A stretch of DNA of 64,000 nt from Candidatus Hydrogenedentota bacterium (GTDB lineage Bacteria; Hydrogenedentota; Hydrogenedentia; Hydrogenedentales; SLHB01), in the NCBI GenBank assembly GCA_045863295.1, contig BTWA01000003.1:96001-160000 (forward strand), read 5' to 3'. Shown piece after piece: positions 36,977 to 45,108 of this stretch (position 1 is its first letter; each line of letters opens with the position of its first letter). A program made the position numbers and the translations under genes. The notes beneath the pieces are model-generated. The model searched no databases and was not told the origin of the DNA. It was given only the letters and a program-made list of their open reading frames with translations.

Positions 36977-37132
36977 ATGGCGGGAAGTAGTCCAAGCCCA
37001 GGCACCGTTGCCATCTTCTGGGGAGTCTTTCAGACCCTGATTCTCGTGGCGCAATTGGTTCAAGGGGTCGAGATCAATTGCGAATGCAATGACGAAGACG
37101 AGCAGAAAACAGAGGCGGCGCCGGCGAGTTAG
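36977..37132 (+). CDS. putative 51-aa small membrane protein
   Basis: AAGGAGG RBS 4 nt before ATG. MAGSSPSPGTVAIFWGVFQTLILVAQLVQGVEINCECNDEDEQKTEAAPAS*. Fills the intergenic gap and is below the ORF-track cutoff. Confidence 0.6.
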   Translation: MAGSSPSPGTVAIFWGVFQTLILVAQLVQGVEINCECNDEDEQKTEAAPAS

Positions 37133-37452
37133 TCATCCGAGATTTTACCCCTGGCCGATTTCACGCTCGATCGGCGCTTTTTTGAATCGAGCCGCCTTTC
37201 CACCGACCCTTTGGTCGGTCTGGTTGCACGCCGTCTCTTTCGCTTGCGATTTAGTGCCGCAAGCCGCTTCTCCAATTCGGCGATGGCCTCTTCACGATTG
37301 CGCGTTTGCGATCGCTCACCTTTGGCCACCACGGTAATCCCCGTGGGAATGTGATGAACGCGAACAGCCGTTTCCGTCACATTGCGGTGCTGTCCGCCGG
37401 GGCCGCCGCTGCGGAAGAAGGTCACTTCGATATCGTTTGGGTCGATTGCCAT
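37129..37452 (-). CDS. ArfB-like ribosome-rescue peptidyl-tRNA hydrolase (class I release factor GGQ domain)
   Basis: RSGGPGGQH.N...TAV, ERSQ.RN, basic tail RRATRPTKGS.ERRL..KK..S..K..R. Confidence 0.88.
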   Translation of the reverse strand: MAIDPNDIEVTFFRSGGPGGQHRNVTETAVRVHHIPTGITVVAKGERSQTRNREEAIAELEKRLAALNRKRKRRRATRPTKGSVERRLDSKKRRSSVKSARGKISDD

Positions 37453-37559
37453 AACCGAATCGTACCATTGCGCGAAGCGGGTTGCCAAAAATGACGGGCC
37501 GTGTGGTACAGTGTGGCGCACTTGGGGTCAAGGCAACCCGCATTGGAGACGAATGTGTT

Positions 37560-38426
37560 ATGAAGGGCATTATTCTGGCTGGCGGATCGGGCACTCGGTT
37601 GCATCCGATTACCCTGGGCATCAGCAAACAACTGATGCCTATCTACGACAAGCCGATGATCTATTACCCGTTGTCGACGCTGATGTTTGCGGGCATTCGG
37701 GATATCCTCATCATTTCGACTCCCCACGATTTGCCTTTCTTTAGGCGACTCCTGGGGGATGGCAAGCCGCTGGGGTGTACGTTTTCGTACGCGGAGCAGG
37801 CCGTGCCGAATGGACTGGCGCAGGCGTTTGTGATCGGCGAGGAATTTGTGGGTGACGACAAAGTGGCGCTGATCCTGGGCGACAATATTTTTTACGGCAT
37901 GGGTTTGGGAAAGCATATGCGGTCGTACTCGGATCCCGATGGCGGCGTGGTGTTCGCGTATCACGTGTCGGATCCGGAGCGGTATGGCGTGGTGGATTTC
38001 GATGCGACGGGCAAGGTGCTGTCGATCGAGGAGAAACCGGCGAAACCGAAATCGAACTATGCAGTCCCAGGGCTTTATTTCTACGACAACAGTGTGGTCG
38101 AGATTGCAAAGAATTTGAAGCCGTCCGCTCGAGGCGAATACGAAATCACGGATGTGAATAAACATTATCTTGCCATGGGCAAGTTGAAGGTGGGTATTCT
38201 CGAACGGGGTACGGCGTGGTTGGATACGGGCACGTTTGAGTCATTGATGCAGGCGGCGCAGTTTGTGCAGGTGATTGAAGACCGGCAGGCCCTGAAGATC
38301 GGCTGCATCGAAGAGGCGGCGTATCGAATGGGGTTCATTGATGCGGCGCAAATGAAAGCGTTGGCGGAACCGCTGCGGAAGTCGGGGTATGGGGACTATT
38401 TGCTGAAGTGTTTGGATCATAAGTAA
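37560..38426 (+). CDS. rfbA: glucose-1-phosphate thymidylyltransferase
   Basis: [58 protein letters not shown]. Confidence 0.96.
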   Translation: MKGIILAGGSGTRLHPITLGISKQLMPIYDKPMIYYPLSTLMFAGIRDILIISTPHDLPFFRRLLGDGKPLGCTFSYAEQAVPNGLAQAFVIGEEFVGDDKVALILGDNIFYGMGLGKHMRSYSDPDGGVVFAYHVSDPERYGVVDFDATGKVLSIEEKPAKPKSNYAVPGLYFYDNSVVEIAKNLKPSARGEYEITDVNKHYLAMGKLKVGILERGTAWLDTGTFESLMQAAQFVQVIEDRQALKIGCIEEAAYRMGFIDAAQMKALAEPLRKSGYGDYLLKCLDHK

Positions 38427-38450
38427 TAGTTGCGGGGTGGTTGGCTTTGA

Positions 38451-38482
38451 GTCGCACCCCCAAACGAGTTTGGGGGTGGCAC
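38451..38482. repeat. REP-like palindrome
   Basis: CACCCCCAAAC-GA-GTTTGGGGGTG hairpin downstream of rfbA. Confidence 0.7.
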
Positions 38483-38483
38483 A

Positions 38484-38679
38484 TGAGTCCCGGAGGGACG
38501 GCCGAAAATAGCCCAGCACTTCGCGTGCTGGGTAATTAACGGATAAAAATCTTCGAGTCCCGGAGGGACGATAGAAATGGCGTTGCGTTCTGTCGTCCCT
38601 CCGGGACTCGCTTCTTCTTGTACTCTGAACCCAGCCTTGGAAAGGCTGGGCTATTTTCTATTGTCCCTGCCGGGACTCA
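38484..38679. repeat. REPIN-like nested inverted-repeat element
   Basis: Four GAGTCCCGGAGGGAC-type units (two forward, two reverse) plus two CCCAGC..GCTGGG hairpins, arranged symmetrically. Confidence 0.75.
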
Positions 38680-39111
38680 ATTCGCTGAGGGTCCTCCGAA
38701 GCGCTCTTCGTGGACGTCGCCATTGCGGCCGAAGTAGAGCACGCGCGCGCCGGAGATGAATACAGTGTAGCCAATGCAACCTGCCTCCATCGTACGTTGA
38801 AGAAACTCCTGGTAGTAGATCTCCCCGCGTTGGATTGCGCGCACGGCGGATTCGACGCCAACGGCGTTGAAGGTTTCCGCAACGGTGGCATCAGGGTGGG
38901 CCAACGTTAACGTCGTGGCCGCGCCGCTGGGGAGATAGTACGTGCCCACATGGCACGAGTAGTCGATGTGGTACCGTTCGAGGCCGATGGCCTGCAGTGA
39001 TTGCACAACTTCGGGGAATGTGGTCTCTCCGCGCAAGGATTGATTCGCGCAGTTTACAATTACGGCCAATTGTTCTGTGTTCATTGGGGGATTCCTGTAG
39101 TTGGTGCTCAT
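38677..39111 (-). CDS. DUF1398-family protein
   Basis: TFP.VV..L...G.ERY.ID, AIQRG.I.Y.EF......AG..GY.V.I.G.RV.YFG..GD.H.E.F. ATGA overlap with MarR (alternative start 39084). Confidence 0.8.
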   Translation of the reverse strand: MSTNYRNPPMNTEQLAVIVNCANQSLRGETTFPEVVQSLQAIGLERYHIDYSCHVGTYYLPSGAATTLTLAHPDATVAETFNAVGVESAVRAIQRGEIYYQEFLQRTMEAGCIGYTVFISGARVLYFGRNGDVHEERFGGPSAN

Positions 39112-39566
39112 GTTGTAGGCACGTCTTTCCAGCCGTGAAGTCGTACGAGGTCCGTTAACAGTTCTTTCAACTCGGCACGTTGCGCCTTGGAAAGATGGCC
39201 AAAAAACTCTTCTTCATTCGCATCAGCCAAGGCCGCGAGCCGCGGCACGAGGCGTTTGCCCGCGGCCGTAAGCGCAACGGTGTGAAAACGCTGATCACTC
39301 CGCACCTCACCGCGCGCGACAAGGCCTTTGACGATTAAGCGGTCCGTCAGCTTCGAAATGGCGCCCCGCGTCATGCCCAATACGTCGGCGATGGCGCTGG
39401 GATTGGTCTTGCCGTGCCGCAACAGTTCGCGAAGCACTACCCACTCCGCGACCGTCACTCCGCAGGCCTCGACCTTCAGCTTGAAGGCATGCGAGACGTG
39501 GTTGGACACGAACCGGAGCCAGTATCCAAGGTGATCGTCGAGTTGGCTGATGGGTTTTGTTTTCAT
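39108..39566 (-). CDS. MarR-family transcriptional regulator
   Basis: GVTVAEWVVL..L, IA..LGMTRGAISKL.DRL..KGLV, D.R...V.LT..G. Confidence 0.9.
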   Translation of the reverse strand: MKTKPISQLDDHLGYWLRFVSNHVSHAFKLKVEACGVTVAEWVVLRELLRHGKTNPSAIADVLGMTRGAISKLTDRLIVKGLVARGEVRSDQRFHTVALTAAGKRLVPRLAALADANEEEFFGHLSKAQRAELKELLTDLVRLHGWKDVPTT

Positions 39567-39574
39567 GGCGGCCC

Positions 39575-39598
39575 ATATAGTTTCCAAGGCAACTATAT
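39575..39598. promoter_or_regulatory. putative MarR operator
   Basis: Near-perfect palindrome ATATAGTTtCC-AA-GGcAACTATAT 8 bp upstream of the marR start. Confidence 0.6.
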
Positions 39599-39640
39599 CA
39601 TGGTAATCGAACAAAGTAAAGACACGATCTGGCCGGGGTT

Positions 39641-39689
39641 GGAGACCTGCGGTCGCGCCGGTATCGGGGTCAGTAGATCGCGACACAAC
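39641..39689. repeat. REP-like repeat, left copy
   Basis: GGAGACCTGCGGTCG...GGGGTCAGTAGATCGCGACACAAC, similar to 40250-40298. Confidence 0.55.
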
Positions 39690-39784
39690 TGCGGGGCAAT
39701 AAGGAAGGGTATGAGTAGTACCAATAACGATGGTGGTAAGTGTCGCATGTGGATAATCGGACCACCGCTGGCACCTCTTTTGAA

Positions 39785-40005
39785 CTAGAGAATATCTATG
39801 AACTCATCGATGGTAATACCCGCTGAGCGGAGAATGCCATGCAAGGTACCCCGGTCGAGCTCTTTGTGGTTTGGGACGGCGACTTACGTTTTGGGTGACT
39901 GCCTTACGAGAATGATGTGGCTTCTCGCTGACGGGCAATTCCGAATTCGACCTTCTTCAGAGCTGTGATGCATTTTTTGCCGGAGACGACCGGCAAAGCG
40001 GTCAT
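39785..40005 (-). pseudogene. hicA: HicA-family toxin pseudogene
   Basis: MTALPVVSGKKCITALKK..F.IARQR/(G)SHIILV...*VAVPNHKELDRGTL.GILRSAG. 1-nt deletion near 39921-39926 and in-frame TAA at 39884-39886. Confidence 0.85.
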
Positions 40006-40202
40006 ACGCTGGTCACCTCAAGATGGTCTTCAGGCACCGGTTCCCCGCGCTCGTTCAGCACTTCGATGTAGAGGTCAATTACTTCACGAATGTTGACCAA
40101 TGCTTGGTCTCGTGTTTCGCCCTGGCGGATGCAGCCGGGCAGGCTTGGGCATTCGACGACCCAGTAGCCGTCTTCGCCGGGGTATAGATTTACTTTACGC
40201 AT
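40002..40202 (-). CDS. hicB: HicB-family antitoxin (short, no DNA-binding domain)
   Basis: EDGYWVVECPSLPGC..QGET...AL.NIRE.I.LY. ATGA overlap with hicA. Confidence 0.88.
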   Translation of the reverse strand: MRKVNLYPGEDGYWVVECPSLPGCIRQGETRDQALVNIREVIDLYIEVLNERGEPVPEDHLEVTSV

Positions 40203-40249
40203 GCTGGCGCTCCTGCCGTAGTCCCTGCATACACCTCCGCAACGGAGAT

Positions 40250-40368
40250 GGAGACCTTCGGTCGGGCGCATAGCAGGGTCGGGAGACCCTGCCACAACAA
40301 CTTTTGGGGAGACCGCGACACAGCTGCGGGGACCGCGACACGACCACGAAGACCGCGATACGACTGCA
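40250..40368. repeat. REP-like repeat, right copy, followed by three degenerate 20-bp tandem units
   Basis: GGAGACCTTCGGTCG...GGGTCGGGAGACCCTGCCACAAC, then GACCGCGA(C/T)AC at 40311, 40331 and 40351. Confidence 0.65.
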
Positions 40369-40390
40369 TGGATATATGCTGCCGCGATGC

Positions 40391-41869
40391 TTACGCAAGC
40401 AACTGCGGCACGAGTTTGCCGGCAACATCGGTGAGGCGGAAGTCGCGGCCTTGGTAGCGGTAGGTGAGTTGCTCGTGGTTGATGCCGAACAGGTGCAAGA
40501 GCGTGGCGTGGAGATCGTTGACGTGGACGGGGTCTTTGACGATGTTCCAGCCGATTTCATCCGTTTCGCCGATGATTTGGCCGCCTTTTATGCCGCCGCC
40601 GGCCATCCACATGCTGAAGGCGAAGGGGTGGTGATCGCGGCCCGTGTTGGGCGCGCGGCCGACACGGTTTTCGCCCAATGGCGTGCGGCCGAATTCGGCG
40701 CCAAACACCACGAGTGTTTCGTCGAGCAGGCCGCGTTGCTTGAGATCTTTCAACAAGGCCGCGATGGGTTGATCGCACATCATGCAATTGAACGCAAGGC
40801 GATCATCGATGTCTTCGTGGTGATCCCATGTAGCGTGGTAGATATTGATGAAGCGCACGCCGCGTTCCACGAGGCGCCGCGCAAGAAGGCAGTTCGAGGC
40901 AAATGAATTGAATTCGTCGGGGCCGCCGTTGCGGAATTTTTTCCAATGATCGCCTTCGGTGCGGTTCACACCGTACATTTCGAGCGTGGCGTCGCTTTCA
41001 TCGGACAGATCGATCAGATCAGGCGCTTCCAACTGCATTCGGCCCGCGAGTTCGTAGGACGCGATCTTGGCCATGATCTCGGGGTCGTGCGTTTGGTTGT
41101 ATCGCATCTGATTTAAATCGCGAATCGCGTCAAGCCCCGCGCGCTGGCAATCGTGCGGCAAATCGGCGGGGTTGCTGAGGTAGAGCACCGGGTCGCCCTG
41201 GTTGCGGAAGAGCACGCCTTCGTAGTTCGACGGCAGAAATCCGCTCGTCCAGTTCGATGCGCCGCCGCTCGTGCCGCGGCCTGAATTCAACACAACGTAG
41301 CCCGGCAGGTTTTCGGATTCGCAACCCAGGCCGTAGTTGATCCAGGATCCCATCGTGGGCCGGCCGAAGGTGGGCACGCCAGTGTTCATCATCAATTGGC
41401 CGGGGTGATGGTTGAACGCTTCCGTGTGCATGGATCGCACCAGCGCAATGTCGTCGGCGCACGTGGCGGTATGCGGCAGAAGGTCCGACAAATCCATGCC
41501 GCATTGCCCGTGCTTCTTGAACACGCGGTTGCAGCCCTTGAGCACGGCCGTTTCTTTTTGAATGAACGCGAAGCGTACCTTTTCCACCATGGAGTCCGGC
41601 AACGGCTGGCCGTCCAACTCGTTCAATTTGGGTTTGGGATCGAAGAGATCGATTTGGCTGGGCGCGCCTTCCATGAAGAAAAAGATGCAGGCTTTGGCCT
41701 TCGCGGGGAAGTGAGGCGTTTTGGGTGCGAGTGGATTCACGGCGTCCGCGTGTGCCAACAAGCCGTCGCTCATGAGTAGATTGGCCAGTGCGATTCCGCC
41801 AATGCCGCTCGCGGCAGAGGTCAGAAAGTGACGCCGGGATTGAAGCCTTTGTTCTTCGAATGGATGCAT
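40391..41869 (-). CDS. DUF1501 domain protein (Tat-exported, sulfatase-like)
   Basis: SRRHFL Tat motif, G.PSQ.DLFDPKP, LLARRLVERGVRF, WDHH, EFGRTP, GRDHHP, GRDFRLTDV.G. Confidence 0.92.
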   Translation of the reverse strand: MHPFEEQRLQSRRHFLTSAASGIGGIALANLLMSDGLLAHADAVNPLAPKTPHFPAKAKACIFFFMEGAPSQIDLFDPKPKLNELDGQPLPDSMVEKVRFAFIQKETAVLKGCNRVFKKHGQCGMDLSDLLPHTATCADDIALVRSMHTEAFNHHPGQLMMNTGVPTFGRPTMGSWINYGLGCESENLPGYVVLNSGRGTSGGASNWTSGFLPSNYEGVLFRNQGDPVLYLSNPADLPHDCQRAGLDAIRDLNQMRYNQTHDPEIMAKIASYELAGRMQLEAPDLIDLSDESDATLEMYGVNRTEGDHWKKFRNGGPDEFNSFASNCLLARRLVERGVRFINIYHATWDHHEDIDDRLAFNCMMCDQPIAALLKDLKQRGLLDETLVVFGAEFGRTPLGENRVGRAPNTGRDHHPFAFSMWMAGGGIKGGQIIGETDEIGWNIVKDPVHVNDLHATLLHLFGINHEQLTYRYQGRDFRLTDVAGKLVPQLLA

Positions 41870-41884
41870 CGATGCGGTACCTCG

Positions 41885-44800
41885 CTATTCCCGCGTTACA
41901 AATTCGTTCAGATTCATAATAACCCGCGCCAGCGCCACGTGGGCGGCGGTGTCGCACGCGTTGGGATCGTCCGGTTTCAACCCGCCGGCAAATTGCGCCA
42001 CCATTTCGCCGCCGCTGGCGAATGCCTGGCGTTGCTCGTTCAGAAAATCCACCAGCCGTTGAATCTCTTCCTCGGCGGGTTTCCGGCCCAAACAGGCGCG
42101 AAAAGCGTATTCAACGCGATCGCGGTCGTTGGGCTGGCCCGTCGCCAAGGTCTTTTTTCCGAGGGCCTGGGCGCACTCGAACAACACGGGATCGTTTAAG
42201 CGGTTCAACGCCTGAAGCGGCGTGTTTGATCGGTTCCGCGCGATCGCGGTCGTGTTCGAATTTGGGCAATCGAAATTCATGAGCATGGGATAGGGCACGG
42301 TGCGTTGAAAGAAGATGTACAGGCCGCGCCGGTATTTTTCCGGTCCGTTGTCCACCGCCCACTTTACCGAGTTGGCATAGCCCAGATCGGCAATCCCCTC
42401 GGGCATGTACGGCCTTACACTTGGACCCCCGACTTCAAGATTGATCAAACCGCTCGCGGCGAGATTAATGTCTCGAATGACTTCCGCCTCCACGCGGAAC
42501 GTGTTTTGCCGGGCGAGGAGTTTATTTTCGGCATCCGACTCGGCCAGTTCAGTCCGGTAGTGCGACGACTGCCGGTACGTGGCAGACGAAGTGATCAAGC
42601 GAATGGCATTTTTCACGCTCCAACCCTGCGCCATGAATTCGGTGGCGAGCCAATCCAACAATTCGGGGTGGGTGGGCTTTTCGCCCCGCACGCCAAAGTC
42701 CTCGGGGGTGCGCACCAGTCCTTCGCCGAACAGCACGCTCCACATGCGATTCACCTGCACGCGCGCGGTGAGCGGGTTTGCCGGGTCGATAATCCAGCGT
42801 GCAAGGTCAAGACGATCGGGCCGTTCGCCGCGCGCCTTAAACGGGTGTAATACGGCCATAGTGCCGGCCTGCACTTCTTCGCCGGGCGAAAGGAAATCGC
42901 CTCGCTGATGGATGAATGTCTTGGGCGGTTCAGGGTTTTCCGCCAATGCCTGCGCCTTTGTGTCGGGCTCTTTGGGGAGCGCTGCGCGCAAAGCGTCCAA
43001 CGTGGCAATGAGCCTTTTGATGTTCGGCTCGTTACGGCCGAAGTATTCAAGCACGGCCTTCTGCTGCACCTCAGTTCTTTGATCGGAAGGTGTACGCAGC
43101 GCCACATGTACATCATCCGGATACGGGAGCGCGGATGGCGGCGTCTTTGAATAGGACAACCGAAAACGGCCGATATTGTGCTCGCGACCGTAATTGAAAT
43201 CCATGACGAACGTCAGGACGGTGCCGTCGGTCTGGCCCACGTCCTTGTTTACGGCAAAGGTCGCAGTACGATTCTCGTTCATGTTTTCAGCGCGATAGAT
43301 TGCCCAGCCCGTGTTGAGATCGCCATCAATGGCATTGGCTGCACGCAAATCGTTTTGTTCAAAATCCGCCACTGGCTCGGACAGTTCATACTTCGTCTGT
43401 TTCGCCGGGTTGGGAATGGGCGATGCGTAGACCGCAAACTCACTCAGCACGAAATTTCCATTGTGGGCGCGGCCCGGGCCATTTCCCGGCAGGCTGGGAT
43501 CCGTGAGGGCTTCAATGCGGAAGCCTTTGATGCCGGTCTCTTGCGTCCGCACCACGACGGTATATTTATCGCGTCCCGATGCCGGGCCGGTGACCAGGAT
43601 AGACTTGTCTTCCTGCACGGCAAAGCTCGACCCCGATGCGGACAGAAAGCCCGAAGGTTCGAGTGCGGTCCAGCCCTGATCGGGCACCTCGAGAGATGCT
43701 TCCCATTCCGCGAGCTTTCCGGCGAGGGCTTCTCGCTGCTCCAGAATCTGCTTCTCGACCGACGCGATTTCCTTTTCGATTTGCGCTTTTGCCTGCACGT
43801 AGGTGGCCATTTCCCCATCGCGCAATGCGGGGATGTCTTGTTCCATGGCCGTATTGAAAAACGAGTACATCTGGTAGTACTCGCGTTGGGTGATGGGATC
43901 GTATTTGTGCGTATGGCACTCAGCACAGGCCATGGTCAGGCCCATTAAGGCGGATGCCGTTGTATTGATGCGATCTTTGGCTTGCGCCACTCGAAACTCT
44001 TCTTGATCGACACCGCCTTCGCGATTTGTCAGGGTGTTCCGGTGAAATCCCGTTGCCATGCGTTGCTCGGTGGTTGCATTAGGGAGCAAATCGCCTGCCA
44101 GTTGTTCAACGATGAATTGGTCGTAGGGCATGTCGCGGTTGATGGAATCGATTACCCAGTCCCGGTACCGGTATGCGAATGGTCGTGGCGAGTCCTTTTC
44201 GTAGCCATCGCTGTCCGCATAGCGCGCCAAGTCCAGCCAATGCCTCCCCCACCGTTCGCCGAAGTGCTCAGAGGCCAACAGGCGGTTGATCAGGCTTTCG
44301 TAGGCATACGGGTTGGTGTCGTTCACAAAGGCGTCGACGTCTTCAGGGGTCGGCAACAGGCCAAGCAGATCAAGATACAGGCGCCGGATCAATGTGGGAC
44401 GATCCGCCTCGGGGGCGGGTGAGATCCCCGCAGCCTCAAGCCGTGCAAGGACGAAGTTGTCAATGGGGTTCCGTGTCCAGTCCGGGCGGCTCACGCCGGG
44501 GACAGTCGGATGTGCAATAGGTTGATACGCCCAATGGTCACTGACAACCCGGGCATCGCCTTCGTCCTCGGGCCAAAGGGCGCCCTGGTCGATCCAGGAC
44601 TTGACGAGCGCGACCTGATCAGCGCTGAGCGGTTCGCCCTTGGGGGGCATGATGTCTTCGGGCCTCGCCCCACTTATCCTTTGGAACAGATCGCTATTTG
44701 CGCTGTCGGATGCTACCAGCACGGGTCCGGAATCTCCTCCGCGCATGGCATCGGCCTTGTGGTCGAGACGCAGCCCGGACTGCTGCTTTTCAGGACCGTG

Positions 44801-44968
44801 GCACGAGATGCATTTGGCGGCGAAGATTGGGGCGATGTCTCGTTGAAAGTCGACCATACCGGTGGGCGCGGCTGTTGCGTTTTCCGGAGGAGTATCGCCG
44901 CTCGACCAACTGGCTAGTGTGAAAGCGGTTAGACACCAAATACTTGCAGGCCACATGACGCTCTTCAT
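41885..44968 (-). CDS. planctomycete cytochrome c / DUF1549 (PSCyt2) / DUF1553 (PSD1) protein
   Basis: CISCH and CAECH haem motifs, HWAY, NPID.F, GERWGRHWLD.ARYAD, NPLTARV.VNR.W, PTHPELLDWLA, NTPLQAL. Confidence 0.93.
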   Translation of the reverse strand: MKSVMWPASIWCLTAFTLASWSSGDTPPENATAAPTGMVDFQRDIAPIFAAKCISCHGPEKQQSGLRLDHKADAMRGGDSGPVLVASDSANSDLFQRISGARPEDIMPPKGEPLSADQVALVKSWIDQGALWPEDEGDARVVSDHWAYQPIAHPTVPGVSRPDWTRNPIDNFVLARLEAAGISPAPEADRPTLIRRLYLDLLGLLPTPEDVDAFVNDTNPYAYESLINRLLASEHFGERWGRHWLDLARYADSDGYEKDSPRPFAYRYRDWVIDSINRDMPYDQFIVEQLAGDLLPNATTEQRMATGFHRNTLTNREGGVDQEEFRVAQAKDRINTTASALMGLTMACAECHTHKYDPITQREYYQMYSFFNTAMEQDIPALRDGEMATYVQAKAQIEKEIASVEKQILEQREALAGKLAEWEASLEVPDQGWTALEPSGFLSASGSSFAVQEDKSILVTGPASGRDKYTVVVRTQETGIKGFRIEALTDPSLPGNGPGRAHNGNFVLSEFAVYASPIPNPAKQTKYELSEPVADFEQNDLRAANAIDGDLNTGWAIYRAENMNENRTATFAVNKDVGQTDGTVLTFVMDFNYGREHNIGRFRLSYSKTPPSALPYPDDVHVALRTPSDQRTEVQQKAVLEYFGRNEPNIKRLIATLDALRAALPKEPDTKAQALAENPEPPKTFIHQRGDFLSPGEEVQAGTMAVLHPFKARGERPDRLDLARWIIDPANPLTARVQVNRMWSVLFGEGLVRTPEDFGVRGEKPTHPELLDWLATEFMAQGWSVKNAIRLITSSATYRQSSHYRTELAESDAENKLLARQNTFRVEAEVIRDINLAASGLINLEVGGPSVRPYMPEGIADLGYANSVKWAVDNGPEKYRRGLYIFFQRTVPYPMLMNFDCPNSNTTAIARNRSNTPLQALNRLNDPVLFECAQALGKKTLATGQPNDRDRVEYAFRACLGRKPAEEEIQRLVDFLNEQRQAFASGGEMVAQFAGGLKPDDPNACDTAAHVALARVIMNLNEFVTRE

Positions 44969-45108
44969 GGACGCCCTCTACTTTCAATCGCATGAAGCAA
45001 CACAGCACCGGACACGACTGGCCATTTTAGCATACGGGGCAAAATCCGGCAAAGCGATGGAAGCAATGGGCGCCATGGCCTGTTACACAATTCACACTGT
45101 TGAAGAAC

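Noticed and set aside
37560..38426. Complete dTDP-rhamnose (rml) operon
   Set aside because: Only rfbA is present; rfbB, rfbC and rfbD are not in the window.
40311..40368. Mini-CRISPR or iteron array
   Set aside because: The 20-bp period with degenerate units is too short for repeat-spacer structure, and no rep gene is nearby.
35112..40400. tRNA-anchored genomic island or prophage
   Set aside because: No integrase, phage gene or att duplication was seen, and the downstream genes are ordinary.
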